Shown here piece by piece: positions 1 to 12,050 of a stretch of 64,000 nucleotides of DNA. Location of the stretch: assembly GCA_964106645.2 (NCBI GenBank), contig OZ067039.1; one strand, given 5' to 3'. Every line of letters starts with the position of its first letter. The first letter of the stretch is position 1. A program made the position numbers and the translations under genes. The DNA is from Podarcis pityusensis. Lineage: Eukaryota. Under the pieces are notes generated by a model. The model searched no databases. It was given only the letters and a program-made list of their open reading frames with translations, and was not told the DNA's origin.

Positions 1-850
1 ATGCATGTGTGCATAAATTTACAGGTATGGAAATTTACATAATCTGGGTAGGCTATTCAGGTTGCAGAATCCAGTATTTCTGGGAGCAGAATTTGTGTCA
101 GGCTGTTGTTACAGAGTTTCTATTTCCTTTACATGCACATAGCTCCATAGGACAATAGAGGTCTGTGTTCCTCTCACATGTTTATAAAGCTGTCAGTTGG
201 AGCTTCCTGCAGATCATGTTTAGCTACTGCCCACGTTTAGCTACATTACAGATCACCTTTTATTCCTCAGCTCAATTCAAACATTTGTTTCCTTCCATCA
301 GGACATGGGAGGAATTCAGCGTAGTGCTAAGGAGATAGCTCCATCAGCACACGCATTTCTGCTTGGCTGATGGAACAATCTGCCCTCTCCTCCCTCTGCA
401 GGATGTTATGAGGGTTCTCTCAACTCCTCCAGAGCCAGTTTGGGGTGTGTGTACAAGGGATGCCCGGGGGGAAAAGATGAGGGAATGCCCCACTGCACTA
501 GCAGAAGTTCTGGTAGGTTTACTTTGCTGAATCCTGCCCATGGATTCTAATGTATAGTCTTGGGAAACATTGCTCAGACTCAGCAAAGATCCACATACAG
601 TAGTCTGGTATCTGTCATGTGACACACATTAACCAATCAAAGTGGGGGGAGCCAGAGTGCCTCATGCCGTTATCTGGTATTAAATATACAAAGACTGAAA
701 AAGGAATGACCATTTTAAAATCAGGTCTGTGGTTCAGGCCTGACATTTAGTATGAAATCCAGTGGGACGTGAGCTCTGGCAAACCTTATAATGTCAGGGC
801 TGGGAACTTACTGCAGCCTGGACTCATCATTATCTTCCTACTCCCCTTTC

Positions 851-853
<3 letters not shown>

Positions 854-893
<40 letters not shown>
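854..893. repeat. (CA)n microsatellite
   Basis: Seen directly. Confidence 0.99.
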
Positions 894-895
<2 letters not shown>

Positions 896-2009
896 TGCCA
901 TGTGGGGAAGGTTCCCCTTCAGTAGCAATTTGTGCAGGTGAATGGAAGATCTGCATGCGGAAACTTGTTTGCACATGAACATATTTGTTTCTGCACAATA
1001 TCAGGAACATGCTTATTTGAAGGGAATGGGAAGAGAGGAGAAGCTTACAACTACCAGAAGATAATTATTTGATACATTAATGAGTGGCTTAAAGGATAAA
1101 GATGTGACAAGCTACTTCTCCCATGTGGACGTGGTAGTGCTTGACACTGCAGCCCTCCATTACAATCTTAGAGTCATCCTGACCACACCAACAGCTCTCC
1201 TGAAATGTATCAATGCCTTAAGCAGCAACTACAATATCTGCCCAATCCCTACTGTTTTTGCTTCAGCTCAGGTGCGGAGGAACCCTCACCATGTGGAAGC
1301 AAATTATCAGATTTCAGGTTCCGTTCTCCATGCTGACTAGGAAATAATCCTTCCACAAAAGTAAATGTGTACTGGAAGGGCACTTCCAGATGAGCTGCTT
1401 TATTGAACACCCACCCTGATTTGTTTACAGGGAAATTAGATGACATTGGCTATTTGTTGAGCATTCATCCTGATTTGTTTGCAGGGAGGTTAGATGATGT
1501 TATGTCAAAGCAAGCGCCATCCCACACTTTCTAGGGCATTTCCCCATCACTCTTCTTATTGCAAAAAAGTCAGATCTTTAGGGGAAGTGAGTTTGTTGCA
1601 TAAGACTCTCCCGATCAGTTATGATTGTGTAACCTGAATTTGCCAGAATGTGATTGAATCCCATCTGAAAACAGTGGCAATCTTCAAGCATCCCAAAAAG
1701 TCATTGTTAAAGAATCCATTTTCTAACCAAAATCTTGCTTTAGAACTGAAGTTCCCTCACTCTTTCATCACTGTTACTCACAAGCATTCGAGGTTTTCCA
1801 CAATCAAGTGCTGTATAAATTTTATGAAATAAAATTAATTAAATAAATAAAGCCTATTGCTCCAGCAGTTTAATTTTTTATGTGACTCCTTTTGTCTTCA
1901 GCAAAGCTCTTAAAAAGCTATCAATACTCATATTTTACACTGGGTTTTGTAATATTTTATCAGCCTGTCTTTAGCACTCTCTTCCTTCCCTACAGAGAGG
2001 CAAAAGGCT

Positions 2010-2064
2010 AAAACAAGAAAATCCTTAATAAAAATTTTTTTTTTAATAAAAAAAACAAAAAAAA
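2010..2064 (+). mobile_element. 55-bp poly(A) retro-insertion (L1-type tail only)
   Basis: AATAAA plus A-tail between perfect 16-bp TSDs agagaggcaaaaggct. Confidence 0.85.
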
Positions 2065-2537
2065 AGAGAGGCAAAAGGCTTGGTGGCAGGCAGAAAAGAC
2101 TTCAAAGATTTGAGGAACCTGGACCAAGTATCTTCTCAACCCTATATTTTCTTACATGAACATCTTCAATGTATATACAGAGATGGGTTTAATGTTACAT
2201 GTGACCTGAGCCACCAATGGACTTCAATTCCCAGGCCTCAGGCATGCTTGGCCAATGGTGAGAGATGATGGGAGTGGTAGTCAAGCAACATGTGGGGGGT
2301 CATGATGTCTATGAAAAGGATATTTGAGACTACAGTCCTATATCCATGTAACCTGGAAGTAGCCTGAGAGATCCGTTGGACTTACATTTGTGTAGACATC
2401 TATTGGATCAGATTGTAAATTATCTTCGTCATTAAATTCAACAAGATAGATGGACCAACACGTTGTGTGCATGTTTCCCCACTTATGACAACATTTATGC
2501 AATTGTCTTTGGTGCTGATCACTCTGAATTATGAATA

Positions 2538-2779
2538 CAGTGGTACCTCGGGTTAAGTACTTAATTTGTTCTGGAGGTCTGTTCTTAACCTGAAACTGTT
2601 CTTAACCTGAAGCACCACTTTAGCTAATGGGGCCTCCCACTGCCACTGCACCGCCGGAGCACGATTTCTGTTCTCATTCTGAAGCAAAGTTCTTAACCTG
2701 AGGTACTATTTCTGGGTTAGCGGAGTCTGTAACTTGAAGCGTATGTAACCTGAAGCGTATGTAACCCGAGGTACCACTG
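2538..2779 (+). mobile_element. Tc1/mariner (Tigger/pogo-like) MITE, copy 1
   Basis: TIR CAGTGGTACCTCGGGTTA at both ends, TA TSD, internal taacctgaa repeats. Confidence 0.93.
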
Positions 2780-3251
2780 TAACATTATTTGGCAAAAGCT
2801 CTCAGAAATGTGAGAGGTTATGTGAAGCGATCCTAGAGGTGTTCTAAACACACAGGACCATTTCATTGGATCTTTGCTGATGTCACCAACCTTAATGCCC
2901 TCACCGTTTGATAGCAAGGACTAGCTGGATTATTGTACTGATAAAGATATTTCCTAAAACAGATAAGACCTTTATTAGGCAATGGGTTGGTTCTTGTGTT
3001 TAAACTCCATGCTATGTTTTCAAGGTGAAAAGGGTCTGAAACAAAGTTGAAGCATCTGAGACAGTTTCAGATGGAAAATTTTAGAGGGAAAGAACTGGAT
3101 AAAGTCCAAGGTTGTTGTTGTTTTTCCTTTAGTGAAGCCTTTTTTGGAAACTGAAACAAAAAAAAATGCTTGTCGATTCAAGGCAGTTTGTTATATTTAA
3201 GGATTAACATTTACAGGGAACTTTCAAATTTCCACTATTTCGAGATGGGTT

Positions 3252-3372
3252 TGCAAAGCACATTGCAGTTTTTGATCCCATTTGATTTCACAACAGTCCT
3301 GTGGGGTAAGTTGTCAGCAATCCCATTTTACAGATGGGAAATTGAGGCAGAGAGGCAATGACTCACCTCAGG
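3252..3372 (-). mobile_element. MIR/CORE SINE fragment
   Basis: cacaacagtcctgtggggtaag...atcccattttacagatgggaaattgaggcagagag core. Confidence 0.75.
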
Positions 3373-3925
3373 TTGTACAACATCTAAATCTCCAAGATCC
3401 AAATGAAACTCCCTGTTTTTTTGTACCTATGTAGAACAATTTGCTCTTAAAGTTTTGACACAAACGTAAGCAAACGTTTCCATTCCGACAGCTAAAAACA
3501 ACCACCCTCCAAAAAGCACACAAAGTTAGGGTTGCACACAACCCTTTTATTTTGACAAAATACAAATGGTTATGATCAGAGTGAGCACTCAGTGCCCAGT
3601 GAAATGGTCACTTGATTGCTTTCCATGCACCCAGATTAGGTCACCAATGTACCCTTTGAGCCAACCACAGTCTAACTGCAGGGTGATGCAATATGCCAGG
3701 ATTCACTCACCAAGAGCAGCAGCCCACATCCTGCCACACTTTGAAAGGGTCACATGAATCAGCCCACAACCCACCACAAATCAATTGTTTTTACACAACT
3801 GCAAATTCACAAATGCCAACTAGAATGACAGCTATCCATGGAACAGACCAGTGAACAAAACAGCAACAAAAACCCTAAAGCAAAGTGACTGTGCAAAGTG
3901 GAGAGGAGAAACGTGTCTGACCTTT

Positions 3926-3928
<3 letters not shown>

Positions 3929-3971
<43 letters not shown>
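3929..3971. repeat. (CA)n microsatellite
   Basis: Seen directly. Confidence 0.99.
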
Positions 3972-3973
<2 letters not shown>

Positions 3974-4179
3974 ACATTCAGGTAGAAAGTCTGCACAGAT
4001 CTATACAGTTACCAAAGTTTATTTGTCAGCCCCTGTGGCTAATCACACAGTATATAAAAAAAATCTACAGAGTCCCAATTAATAATCATTTACATAAATA
4101 ATAAGACACAATATGTATAATTTTGTAATCCTCACAGCAACCTGTAAGGTAGATGAGAATCATTATATATGTTCAAGGG

Positions 4180-4694
4180 ATCTCTCCCTACTTGTGACTC
4201 CCAGCATACTGCGTCTGATATTGGAGGCAGAACACATTTATTATGGCTAGTAGCCATTGACAGCCTTACGCTCTGTGAATCTGCCTATTACTCTTTAAAA
4301 GCCATCCATGTTGGAGGCCAGCGATACATCTAGTGGGAAAGAATGCCATAGTTTAACTATGTGCTCCATGAAGAAGCACTTCCATTTCTGTCCTGAATCT
4401 TCTGACATTCCACTAGTATTATGGTGCAGCGAGGGGGAAACAACTCTCTATCCACCTTCCCTACATCATGCATAAATCTTACACACTTCTATCATTGCCA
4501 CCCCTTACTAGTCTTCTTTTCCTAAACTGAAAATCCCCAAATGTTGCAACCTTTCCTCAAAGGGGAGTTGCTCCAAGCCAGTGATCATTTTGGTTGCCCT
4601 TTCCTGAACCTTTCCCAGCTCTATAGGATGCCTTCTGAGGTGCGGTGACCAGCACACAGTGTACCACTAGTTGCACCATAGATTTGTATAATGG
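4180..4694 (-). mobile_element. CR1 LINE ORF2 3' fragment nested in a MIR-like SINE (about 4085-4175 plus 4695-4815)
   Basis: Typical CR1 reverse-strand motifs (aaagccatccatgttgg, gatcattttggttgccct). The SINE halves resume on both sides. Confidence 0.8.
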
Positions 4695-5728
4695 AGCTGA
4701 AGCTGAGAGAGTGCGGTTTGCCTAAGGACCACATGAGGAAGGCAGAGGGAAGATTGAAACCAGTGGCCTTCCTGATTCACAGACTAATCTCCTAGCTATT
4801 ATTGCACCAGCTCCCCCAACTCTGTGGAGCGAGTTTGGTGAGTCTCGGGGAAATAAGAAAATATCTTTTATGTTCTGTGATGCAACAACACTTTGGAATA
4901 GTGGTGAATCCTTTAAAATGAAGGCAATCTGGCAACTCTGAAGCAGACAAGACATGCTTACTTCATTGTGTGACTCAAGAGCAGTATCCACAGTTGCTTT
5001 GAAGTGGTTCAGACCAAAGGAGGCAGTGTTTAAGAATGAGAGAGTGGAGAACATATTACAGAAGCTCTGGAGAGGCAAATACACAGTACACAATCTGCCC
5101 TCATTTGTTCTCTTAAATGCTAAGCATGATGTCGCTGAGGGAGGCTGAGCATACAAAATCCTCTTGCCTTGGCTTTGCTCTTTTCAAGCTCTCACTCACA
5201 AAGGCCATTAACCAGCAGGAACAGCAAATGGTGCTGCAAAGGATCTGAAAAGCAAAACAAGCTGTGTGTGCACAGGTATATTACTGGTAACAAAACTGAT
5301 TCTCAAGCCTGAAAACGATTATCCAGAGGCATCACAGAGGGCAGTATGCTATTTGTAGGGCTGCCCTATCCAAGCCCAGTTTAAAGATAAAGAACCCTGA
5401 GAGAGAGCTGCAGGGAACTTGATGCTGCCCTGCAGGGAACTTAAGGGGCACTTGAACAGGCACACACAGCAGCTAAGCACAGTCTTCTCCATTACGGTGA
5501 AATGTTTGTGTTTCTATTTAGTCATTCTTCCTATATTTACATAAATTAGTAAATTAGCACATTTTATGCAAATATGTGTCATCTTTCGATCCTTTTTTTT
5601 ATTGTGCCTTTCTTTCTCTCTCCACTCCCCTTCCTTCTTTTTGAGGTTTGTAAATAGCCATCCTAGGCAATGCCTGAATGATCATAGTTACATTGCAATT
5701 TTTTCCTTTTAATCCAGGAACCAGCAAT

Positions 5729-5906
5729 GGAGCCATTGGTCACAGTTCCTGCTTTGCATGCAAGAAGCTATAGATTCAATCCCTGGCTCCTACAGCTACG
5801 CCTGGGAAAGACTCCTGTCTCAAACCCTAGAGAGCTGCTGCCTGTCAATTGGGTCAATACGGAGAATGCTGGATCAATGGTCTAACTCTATATAAGGTGG
5901 TTCCCT
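5729..5906 (+). mobile_element. Squam3-type tRNA-derived SINE
   Basis: tRNA-like head (tttgcatgc...ttcaatccctggc) plus CR1-like tail. Confidence 0.75.
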
Positions 5907-5911
5907 TAATA

Positions 5912-6361
5912 CAGTGGTTCTCAAACCTTTTTCTCTGGGCCACACTTTCAGAATAACAATTTGCCCATCCCACACTATTATTATTTTTTATGGATGAGCA
6001 ATACATTGTGGGGGGGGGGGACTCCTAGCGGTGCTTGATTTATAACATAGAATACAATTGCTTTATAATATTATCATGGGGCATCCAGAAAGTATAAAAC
6101 AATGCAGCTCCATAAGAACACAAATCATTCCCAAAATATAATTATAAACGAGCCTCTTGTGTATATACCTTAAGTATGCATGCAAACTGAATGAGAGGTG
6201 TGAGCATGCTGTATCACTTAAATGTTCTTGCTCTGATTTTGCAAATGAAAAACAAACATTTTGATACTGTACTATGAGTGCTACACTGAACTGTTTCAAT
6301 GTTAACTTTGATTGTCCTTGAATCTTTCCACCACACTTGCCACACCCTTTGAGATCCACTG
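5912..6361. mobile_element. hAT (Charlie-like) non-autonomous element
   Basis: TIR cagtggttctcaaa / tttgagatccactg; 8-bp TSD ccttaata/cctcaata. Confidence 0.88.
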
Positions 6362-6503
6362 CCTCAATACCTCTATTCATCGGGATAAGGCTACTAGCCT
6401 AGGCTCTCCCTGGCTCAGGCTGTACTCAGCTCCCTTCCAATTTCTGCTCATGTGACCTGTGCAAGTCTTGTAGTTGGCCTTAAAGTAACAGTACCCTATA
6501 CTA

Positions 6504-6576
6504 TGCCTGGCGTGCTCTGGTCCATGGGGTCACGAAGAGTCGGACACGACTAAACGACTAAACAACAACAACAACA
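6504..6576 (+). mobile_element. BovB (RTE) LINE 3' end, extremely 5'-truncated
   Basis: gcctggcgtgctctggtccatggggtcacgaagagtcggacacgact plus (CAA)n tail; perfect 11-bp TSD accctatacta. Confidence 0.92.
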
Positions 6577-6791
6577 ACCCTATACTAAAGTTACTTTGAA
6601 AAAGCATTAAGTTTGTGGTCTTATTGCTCCATGGGTTCATGGCTAAGCACCATATAGAGAGCAGGAGCAAAAATAAAAATAAAAATTATCTATTGGTATG
6701 TAAGCCTGCAGGTAGGGAGTGTCATATTTTGATTTCATGTAAGCCACTTTGGGAGCCTTTTTGGCTAAAGAGTGGGGTACAAATGCTCACT

Positions 6792-6831
6792 ATAGATGAT
6801 AGATAGATAGATGGATGATAGATAGATAGAT
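6792..6831. repeat. Imperfect (GATA)n at an L2 tail
   Basis: Seen directly; follows the L2 end at about 6735-6790. Confidence 0.9.
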
Positions 6832-7701
6832 CCATGTAGATGCCCATCTCCTTGTCCTAATGCTGGCCAATGCCTTGTATGCAACTGGCTTTTGCTGCAG
6901 GCCTGTGCCAATTTGAAACACATGGCATTGGATGCAGCTGTGAGCCATTTCTTAGGTGGACTTCATGTGGACAGGGCTGGTCTTCTCCTTGTTTTCATGA
7001 ATAGTTCCATGATGCAGGCCTAGCATGCACCACATAGTTTGCAGGGTAGAAGTCACACACTGCTCTCAATAGAAAGCAGTTCTAATTCAAGCCAATATTG
7101 CACAAAGTGGCCATGTAGTGGACCCTTACATTGTCAGTATCAAAAACATGAGATTCTGCATAGTTCCGAGTGTACTAAAACATAAAAAGAGGCTGAAAAA
7201 AGGAATAATTGGATTTTGCGGGCAAGACCTACATTGTACATTGATTCATAGGTCAGATCTGCACAGCTTGTGAACCACCAAGCAAAAGACAGCCCAGCCC
7301 ACCAGCTGAATCTTGTGGCTTGTAAAGTGCTTTACAACTTCTTTGTTTCTGCTATCCTGGGCAAGTAACAAAATCAGGTGGTCTATTGACTCCTTGGTAG
7401 GCTAGTCCACACACTGCACTCTGTAAGAGGCATGTTTTATGTGTGGGTGTGTGGCACTTGAGACTCACTCCTATAGGCCTCCATGTGAAGAATTTACATG
7501 CTGAAGCTACGCATGAACTGCTCAAAGCAAACCAGAACTAAAACCTACATGCAGCCAGTGGATGCAGTACAAATGAATGCTGCTGATATCCAATCCTTCC
7601 ATCTGATCAAAGTCATCCAGTTTGTGCTGTTAATTACAAATGAAAACCCATCAAAACTAGATATTATGTGACTATGGTTTGTGGGAGGGACTACTATGTT
7701 G

Positions 7702-7739
7702 CTCTCCTCCTCCTCCTCCTCCTCCTCCTCCTCCTCCTC

Positions 7740-7770
<31 letters not shown>

Positions 7771-7792
7771 CCTCTCTCCCACACTCTCTCTC
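7702..7792. repeat. (CCT)n-(CT)n compound polypyrimidine tract
   Basis: Seen directly. Confidence 0.98.
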
Positions 7793-10194
7793 ATGTTCCG
7801 TTTCTGCTCCCGCTGGTTCAGAGCACTTAGACAGACAGGGTTATATAACCTTATTTATACTTTGCACAATTGTGCATTTTTGCAAATTGGCTCAGTGGGA
7901 CCATAAAACGTTGTTGCTGATGGCGAGGAACAGAGGAAATGCAAGGGGCACTCATTTGAAAGCAGGTGTCATTGCCACGCATGAATGTACAGAACTCCTC
8001 AGAGATTCGCAAGAGGGAGAGAGGACCCAAGAAAATGATAGCATCTGCCCTCTGTTGCCTCAAAGATTACCTAATGTTTATTTATTTAGGAATTCTTATG
8101 CCACCACCACACAAATTCATATAAAATTTCAGTGTAACTTATATATAGAAGCAGTTTCATGGATAACACTGATGTGTACAGAAGCATTACAGGGCAGCCC
8201 TGAGTATGAGAAAAGTGAAGCGACTTTCCATGCAGTGTTGACATTGCTGCTGCTGACTCCTGACCCTGCCGGCACAGTGGATGCGACTGTGTAACTCAAA
8301 TTCTGTTGCTGGACCACAACAGGGCCCCAGGATAGACCAGAGCCGAGTTCAGTTTTTGTTCGACACTGCTGTGCTCCACCCTCACTTGGTGGTTTTCTCT
8401 AGGACGTGTGGTTTTGCTTCCAGTGTGGATGCCCAACAACTAAAGCCAGGAACGCCCAAGATAGCCATACAGCTTCCCAGCTCCTACTTCAGTCATGCCA
8501 GCTGAATAAATTCAGGAACAGACATGGACTTGGGGGGCTAGAAGGTGGCAGTATGTTCTTTGCTTGGCTATCAGACACTTTTTTTTTTTTTTTAAAGGAA
8601 GTCGTTTGACACAAGGCTACAGCTTTCTCGTCTGCAAGAAGTAGTAGAAGAACACCAGACACACCCAGCTTTTCCCAAAAGCAATGAGGACAGCCTGAGC
8701 TAGCCAATGTGGCTGAATTCAAGGCCATGCAGTCATTTCTGGCACACAGATGTTCTTTCTGGGAAGGAAGGGTCAAAGCAACACGAATGCTGAGGCAAAT
8801 GGAAATCAGGCTAAGACAGAACACTCTTCCTGACTATGGGCAGTGGGTGTTTCTTCATGAGATAACTTCTGCTCTGAAGATTCAGGGACAAATTTACATA
8901 ATCAAAATGGCGTGTGCACACGCACGCACACACAGAGGCATACACAGTGTTTTAGAGATGAGGTGGCTAATATATGGCCCTTCAGATATCATTGAACGCC
9001 AACTCACATCAGCTCCAGCCACCCTAGCAATGGTCAGGAATGATGGGAGTTCTAGTCCATCAATACACAGAGCTTCCTCACCCCTGCTTCAGACTGTTCA
9101 AAGCACTTGACAGAATTACCTCAGTAATTCTTACCACAACTCTGTCAGTGCTGGCTCTAGGCCCAGGGTTGTTGTTTTTTGCTTGGGTGTGGGGAGGGCC
9201 CTCAGAGGATCCCCACTTCCTCAACACTATCAATCCTTTAATGCGGAAGAGGGTATTTCAGCTTTGCATGACAATGTCCTCCTGCTAAGGAAGCCTGTTC
9301 AACACAACTATTAAAGGTGCAGGAGCACACACACACACGTCCTTTTTTGTACCTGACAACCAAGGGAGAAAGTCAGGCAAATAAGCAGGCAGTGGCCACA
9401 CATGCGGGTGAGCAGGGTGACAAGTGACTCAGAGCCAGGGAGTTCAGTCAGCATTGGGCTTTGGCATGTGACCCGTGATGTCCAAGCCATGAATTTGGTT
9501 AGACTGGCCAATATTATTCTCCCTATACTGCAATAGAAGGGAGCCACATGGTACCCGTTCATGACAGAGATGAGATTTCAGCGAGAAACATCCTGGTTTA
9601 TGGTCCAATCCCTTATCTATACTATACCACACAGTGGCATGCCTTTGCCTCCTCCTCCTCCTCTGCTGCAGAAACATTTCTGAACCTCAACAAATCTGTG
9701 TCATGGTGCTTTAAAAAAATAACAATCTCTAAATTTATGTTAACTGCAAAACCACCACAACGAATAACTACAAAGAGGAATTATGGCTTTCAACCACCTG
9801 CTAACAGTTGAGAATGGATAATGATGTGACCAAGCAGCTTCAGGCTTCAGTAACAAGGTATGGCCCAAAGTGGTAGACCTACATTTTTGGGGCCCCTGTA
9901 GTTTGAACTGGGGTCTGGGACGAGGTCTGGGAAACCACTGTTGTCTTCTTCAGTTGGATTGTTCCACAACAGATCACCATACCTTTACTGACCCTCAAAC
10001 TTCAAGACTGTTGAAATACATACAAGAAAAAAAATAATAATCATGCAATTCAAATTGGGTTTACTAGATCCAAAAAAAAATATTAAGCAATATGGACTAA
10101 AGTCGCTTCTGGGGCCCCTCTGGAATTAGGGGCCCTGCAGCTTAAGCTTCATTAGTTTCACAGTAAATCCACCCAGGCAATCGCTTTACATATT

Positions 10195-10362
10195 AAGGAT
10201 GCTACATTGTTCCCTCTAGCTCAATATGGCCTGCAGTGACTGGCGGGGCTCTCCAGGGATTTTGACGGGGATTCTTTCCCAGCCCTACCTGGAAATGTCA
10301 GGGTTTGAACCCAGGGTTCTTCTGGATGCAATGCCAATGCTCTACCACTGACCATGACCCTT
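10195..10362 (-). mobile_element. Squam3-type SINE
   Basis: Reverse complement of the tRNA head (gctctaccactga) and body. Confidence 0.8.
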
Positions 10363-11197
10363 CCTGCTATGCTAAGTGTCTTGAGGAACTGCACATAGTT
10401 TGGGATTGAGGCAGAAAACACTTCTTTGATTAAATCAGCAGTACAAAGACGTCTTAAACTTTAAACCCCATTTTCCAGCATGGTGTGCTCTTGCCCAAAA
10501 TTAAATTGCCTGTAAAATGAGGCAGTGCAGGGAGAAATATCTGCAGCAACCGTACTGAATTAACCTTCATTTTCCAGGGTTATGCTACCTACACAGGGAA
10601 TACGCACGCACCCGGGACACCCTATCCTAGCAACGAGAAACCCCCTTGCCCAGCAACTAAATCTCTCCAGGCAGCAATACAAACATTTCCAGAGGATAAA
10701 GAGCGGGTGGAAGCTCCTGCCTTTTCACACAAGTTTTGGCACGAAAGGCAGCGCTAAACCACAACACACAGGCAAACAAACTGAGCGGCCAACATCCAGA
10801 ATATAAAGGCATCCTCCAGCCAAGAGCTGGGATAGCCCCCGCCCCAGTCCTCCAAGCTTCCCCACCACCACCAGCCGCCCAAATTCACACTTAACAGGCT
10901 CTGCATTCATTCTCTTCCCTTGAAAATTCACCCAAAAACTGGAAAAGAAGGGGAGTGGGGATGGAGTAGGGGTAAGAATCAAATGAAATCCAGATCCAGA
11001 AAACCATTTTGACCCTTGCTACTTCTCTAGCAACAACATCTATGTGCAGACCATAAAAATGGTGAGGGGAAGGCAGAGTTAAATAAATGCAACTTATAGA
11101 ATGCTGGAGTGAAATAAGAGAGGTTGGCTGATCTGCTTCCAATGAAGCTGAAGAGCCCACAAGGGGCAATAGCTGAAAGTGGGGGTGAAAGACAGAA

Positions 11198-11199
<2 letters not shown>

Positions 11200-11229
<30 letters not shown>
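11200..11229. repeat. (AC)15, read as (UG)n in the SEPTIN9 pre-mRNA
   Basis: Seen directly; starts 26 nt into the intron after the i3 donor. Confidence 0.99.
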
Positions 11230-11232
<3 letters not shown>

Positions 11233-11254
11233 ATCAAATGACTCCAGCACTCAC

Positions 11255-11276
11255 CTGTAATCCGGTCCCTCTCCAT
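11255..11276 (-). CDS. SEPTIN9: SEPTIN9 isoform i3 (v3) alternative first exon, coding part MERDRIT + 1 nt
   Basis: Minus strand reads cagg ATG GAG AGG GAC CGG ATT ACA G|gtgagt. Strong Kozak context (A at -3, G at +4), canonical donor, phase 1. Matches the mammalian SEPT9_i3 N-terminus MERDRIS/T-ALKRSFE. Exon 2 lies 15 kb upstream on the same strand, in the expected order. Confidence 0.92.
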
Positions 11277-12050
11277 CCTGACCAGATGTATTCAGCATCC
11301 GCCTGTCCCAAATTGTACTTTTTAACCACTCTCCCTGTTGCTTTTCCCCAGCTTTCCTTCTCCTCCTCCTCCTCCTCTTCTTCTTCAAAAAATGTTTTTA
11401 GTCAAATTTCTTCAATCGGCTGCAATCACGAATGCACCCAGATTACCACATTTCCATGTGCTGATCATATGTTTGTGCTCCAAACTGAAGTAGCTTTGTC
11501 TCGTTGAAATAAAGAGAGAGAGAGGAATAAAGAAGGTGCCAAAGGCATGACCCAGGAAAAAAGAGAGAAATTCAATGTGATTTCTCTCTCCCCCCCAACT
11601 CGAAAAAAATATATTCTGCCACGTGCAGGGCTAAACTGAGAAACTCAGTTCACCCGCAAGACAGTCTTAAAGGCACAGTGTGTACATTTCCAGGACAAGG
11701 CTGCCGCTCTCTTGACTTGTCATTTAATATTAGCTGGGAGATGCTCTGCAACTTGGCTCCTTGGAACAAAGCAAGCAACTCTCCGCCAGCTGCTAAAAAG
11801 TCTCTCCTGATTTCTCCATGCTTAATTCTGCTGCCGTTTCTCCTCCTCCCCTACTTTTTTGGCTTAAAAAGCACTTCGTAGCTCCAGAAGCCAGCTGATT
11901 CCTCCATCCAGCCTGGTCTGAGGTTTTGTGATTGTTTTTTTTGGGGGGGGGGTCAAATTATACACAAACTATTCCGCTGATGAAGGCTGACTTCACTCCT
12001 CAGTAGAAAGAGAGAGAGAGAGAGAATGACAGGCTGTTAGCTAGGAAGGA
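11277..12050 (-). promoter_or_regulatory. SEPTIN9: 5' UTR / proximal promoter of the SEPTIN9 i3 first exon (upstream limit uncertain)
   Basis: No recognisable TE in the sequence directly upstream of the i3 ATG. It holds several upstream ATGs and a GAG/GAA-rich tract. The length is inferred from the long mammalian v3 leader; the TSS cannot be seen. Confidence 0.5.

Noticed and set aside
2538-2779. Recurrent taacctgaa units resembling a CRISPR-like array
   Set aside because: Eukaryotic DNA; the units are irregular subterminal repeats inside a TIR/TA-flanked MITE.
7545-8294. 208-aa ORF and overlapping poly-L/E/P ORFs
   Set aside because: Produced by the (CCT)n(CT)n repeat; no domain or splice support.
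11094-11254. Read-through of the 60-aa ORF beyond MERDRIT
   Set aside because: A canonical donor follows codon 7; the rest is intron plus (GT)n.
11255-11298. MLNTSGQDGEGPDY as the main coding frame
   Set aside because: Weak Kozak context and no recognisable homolog, while the MERDRIT frame matches SEPT9_i3. Kept only as a uORF.
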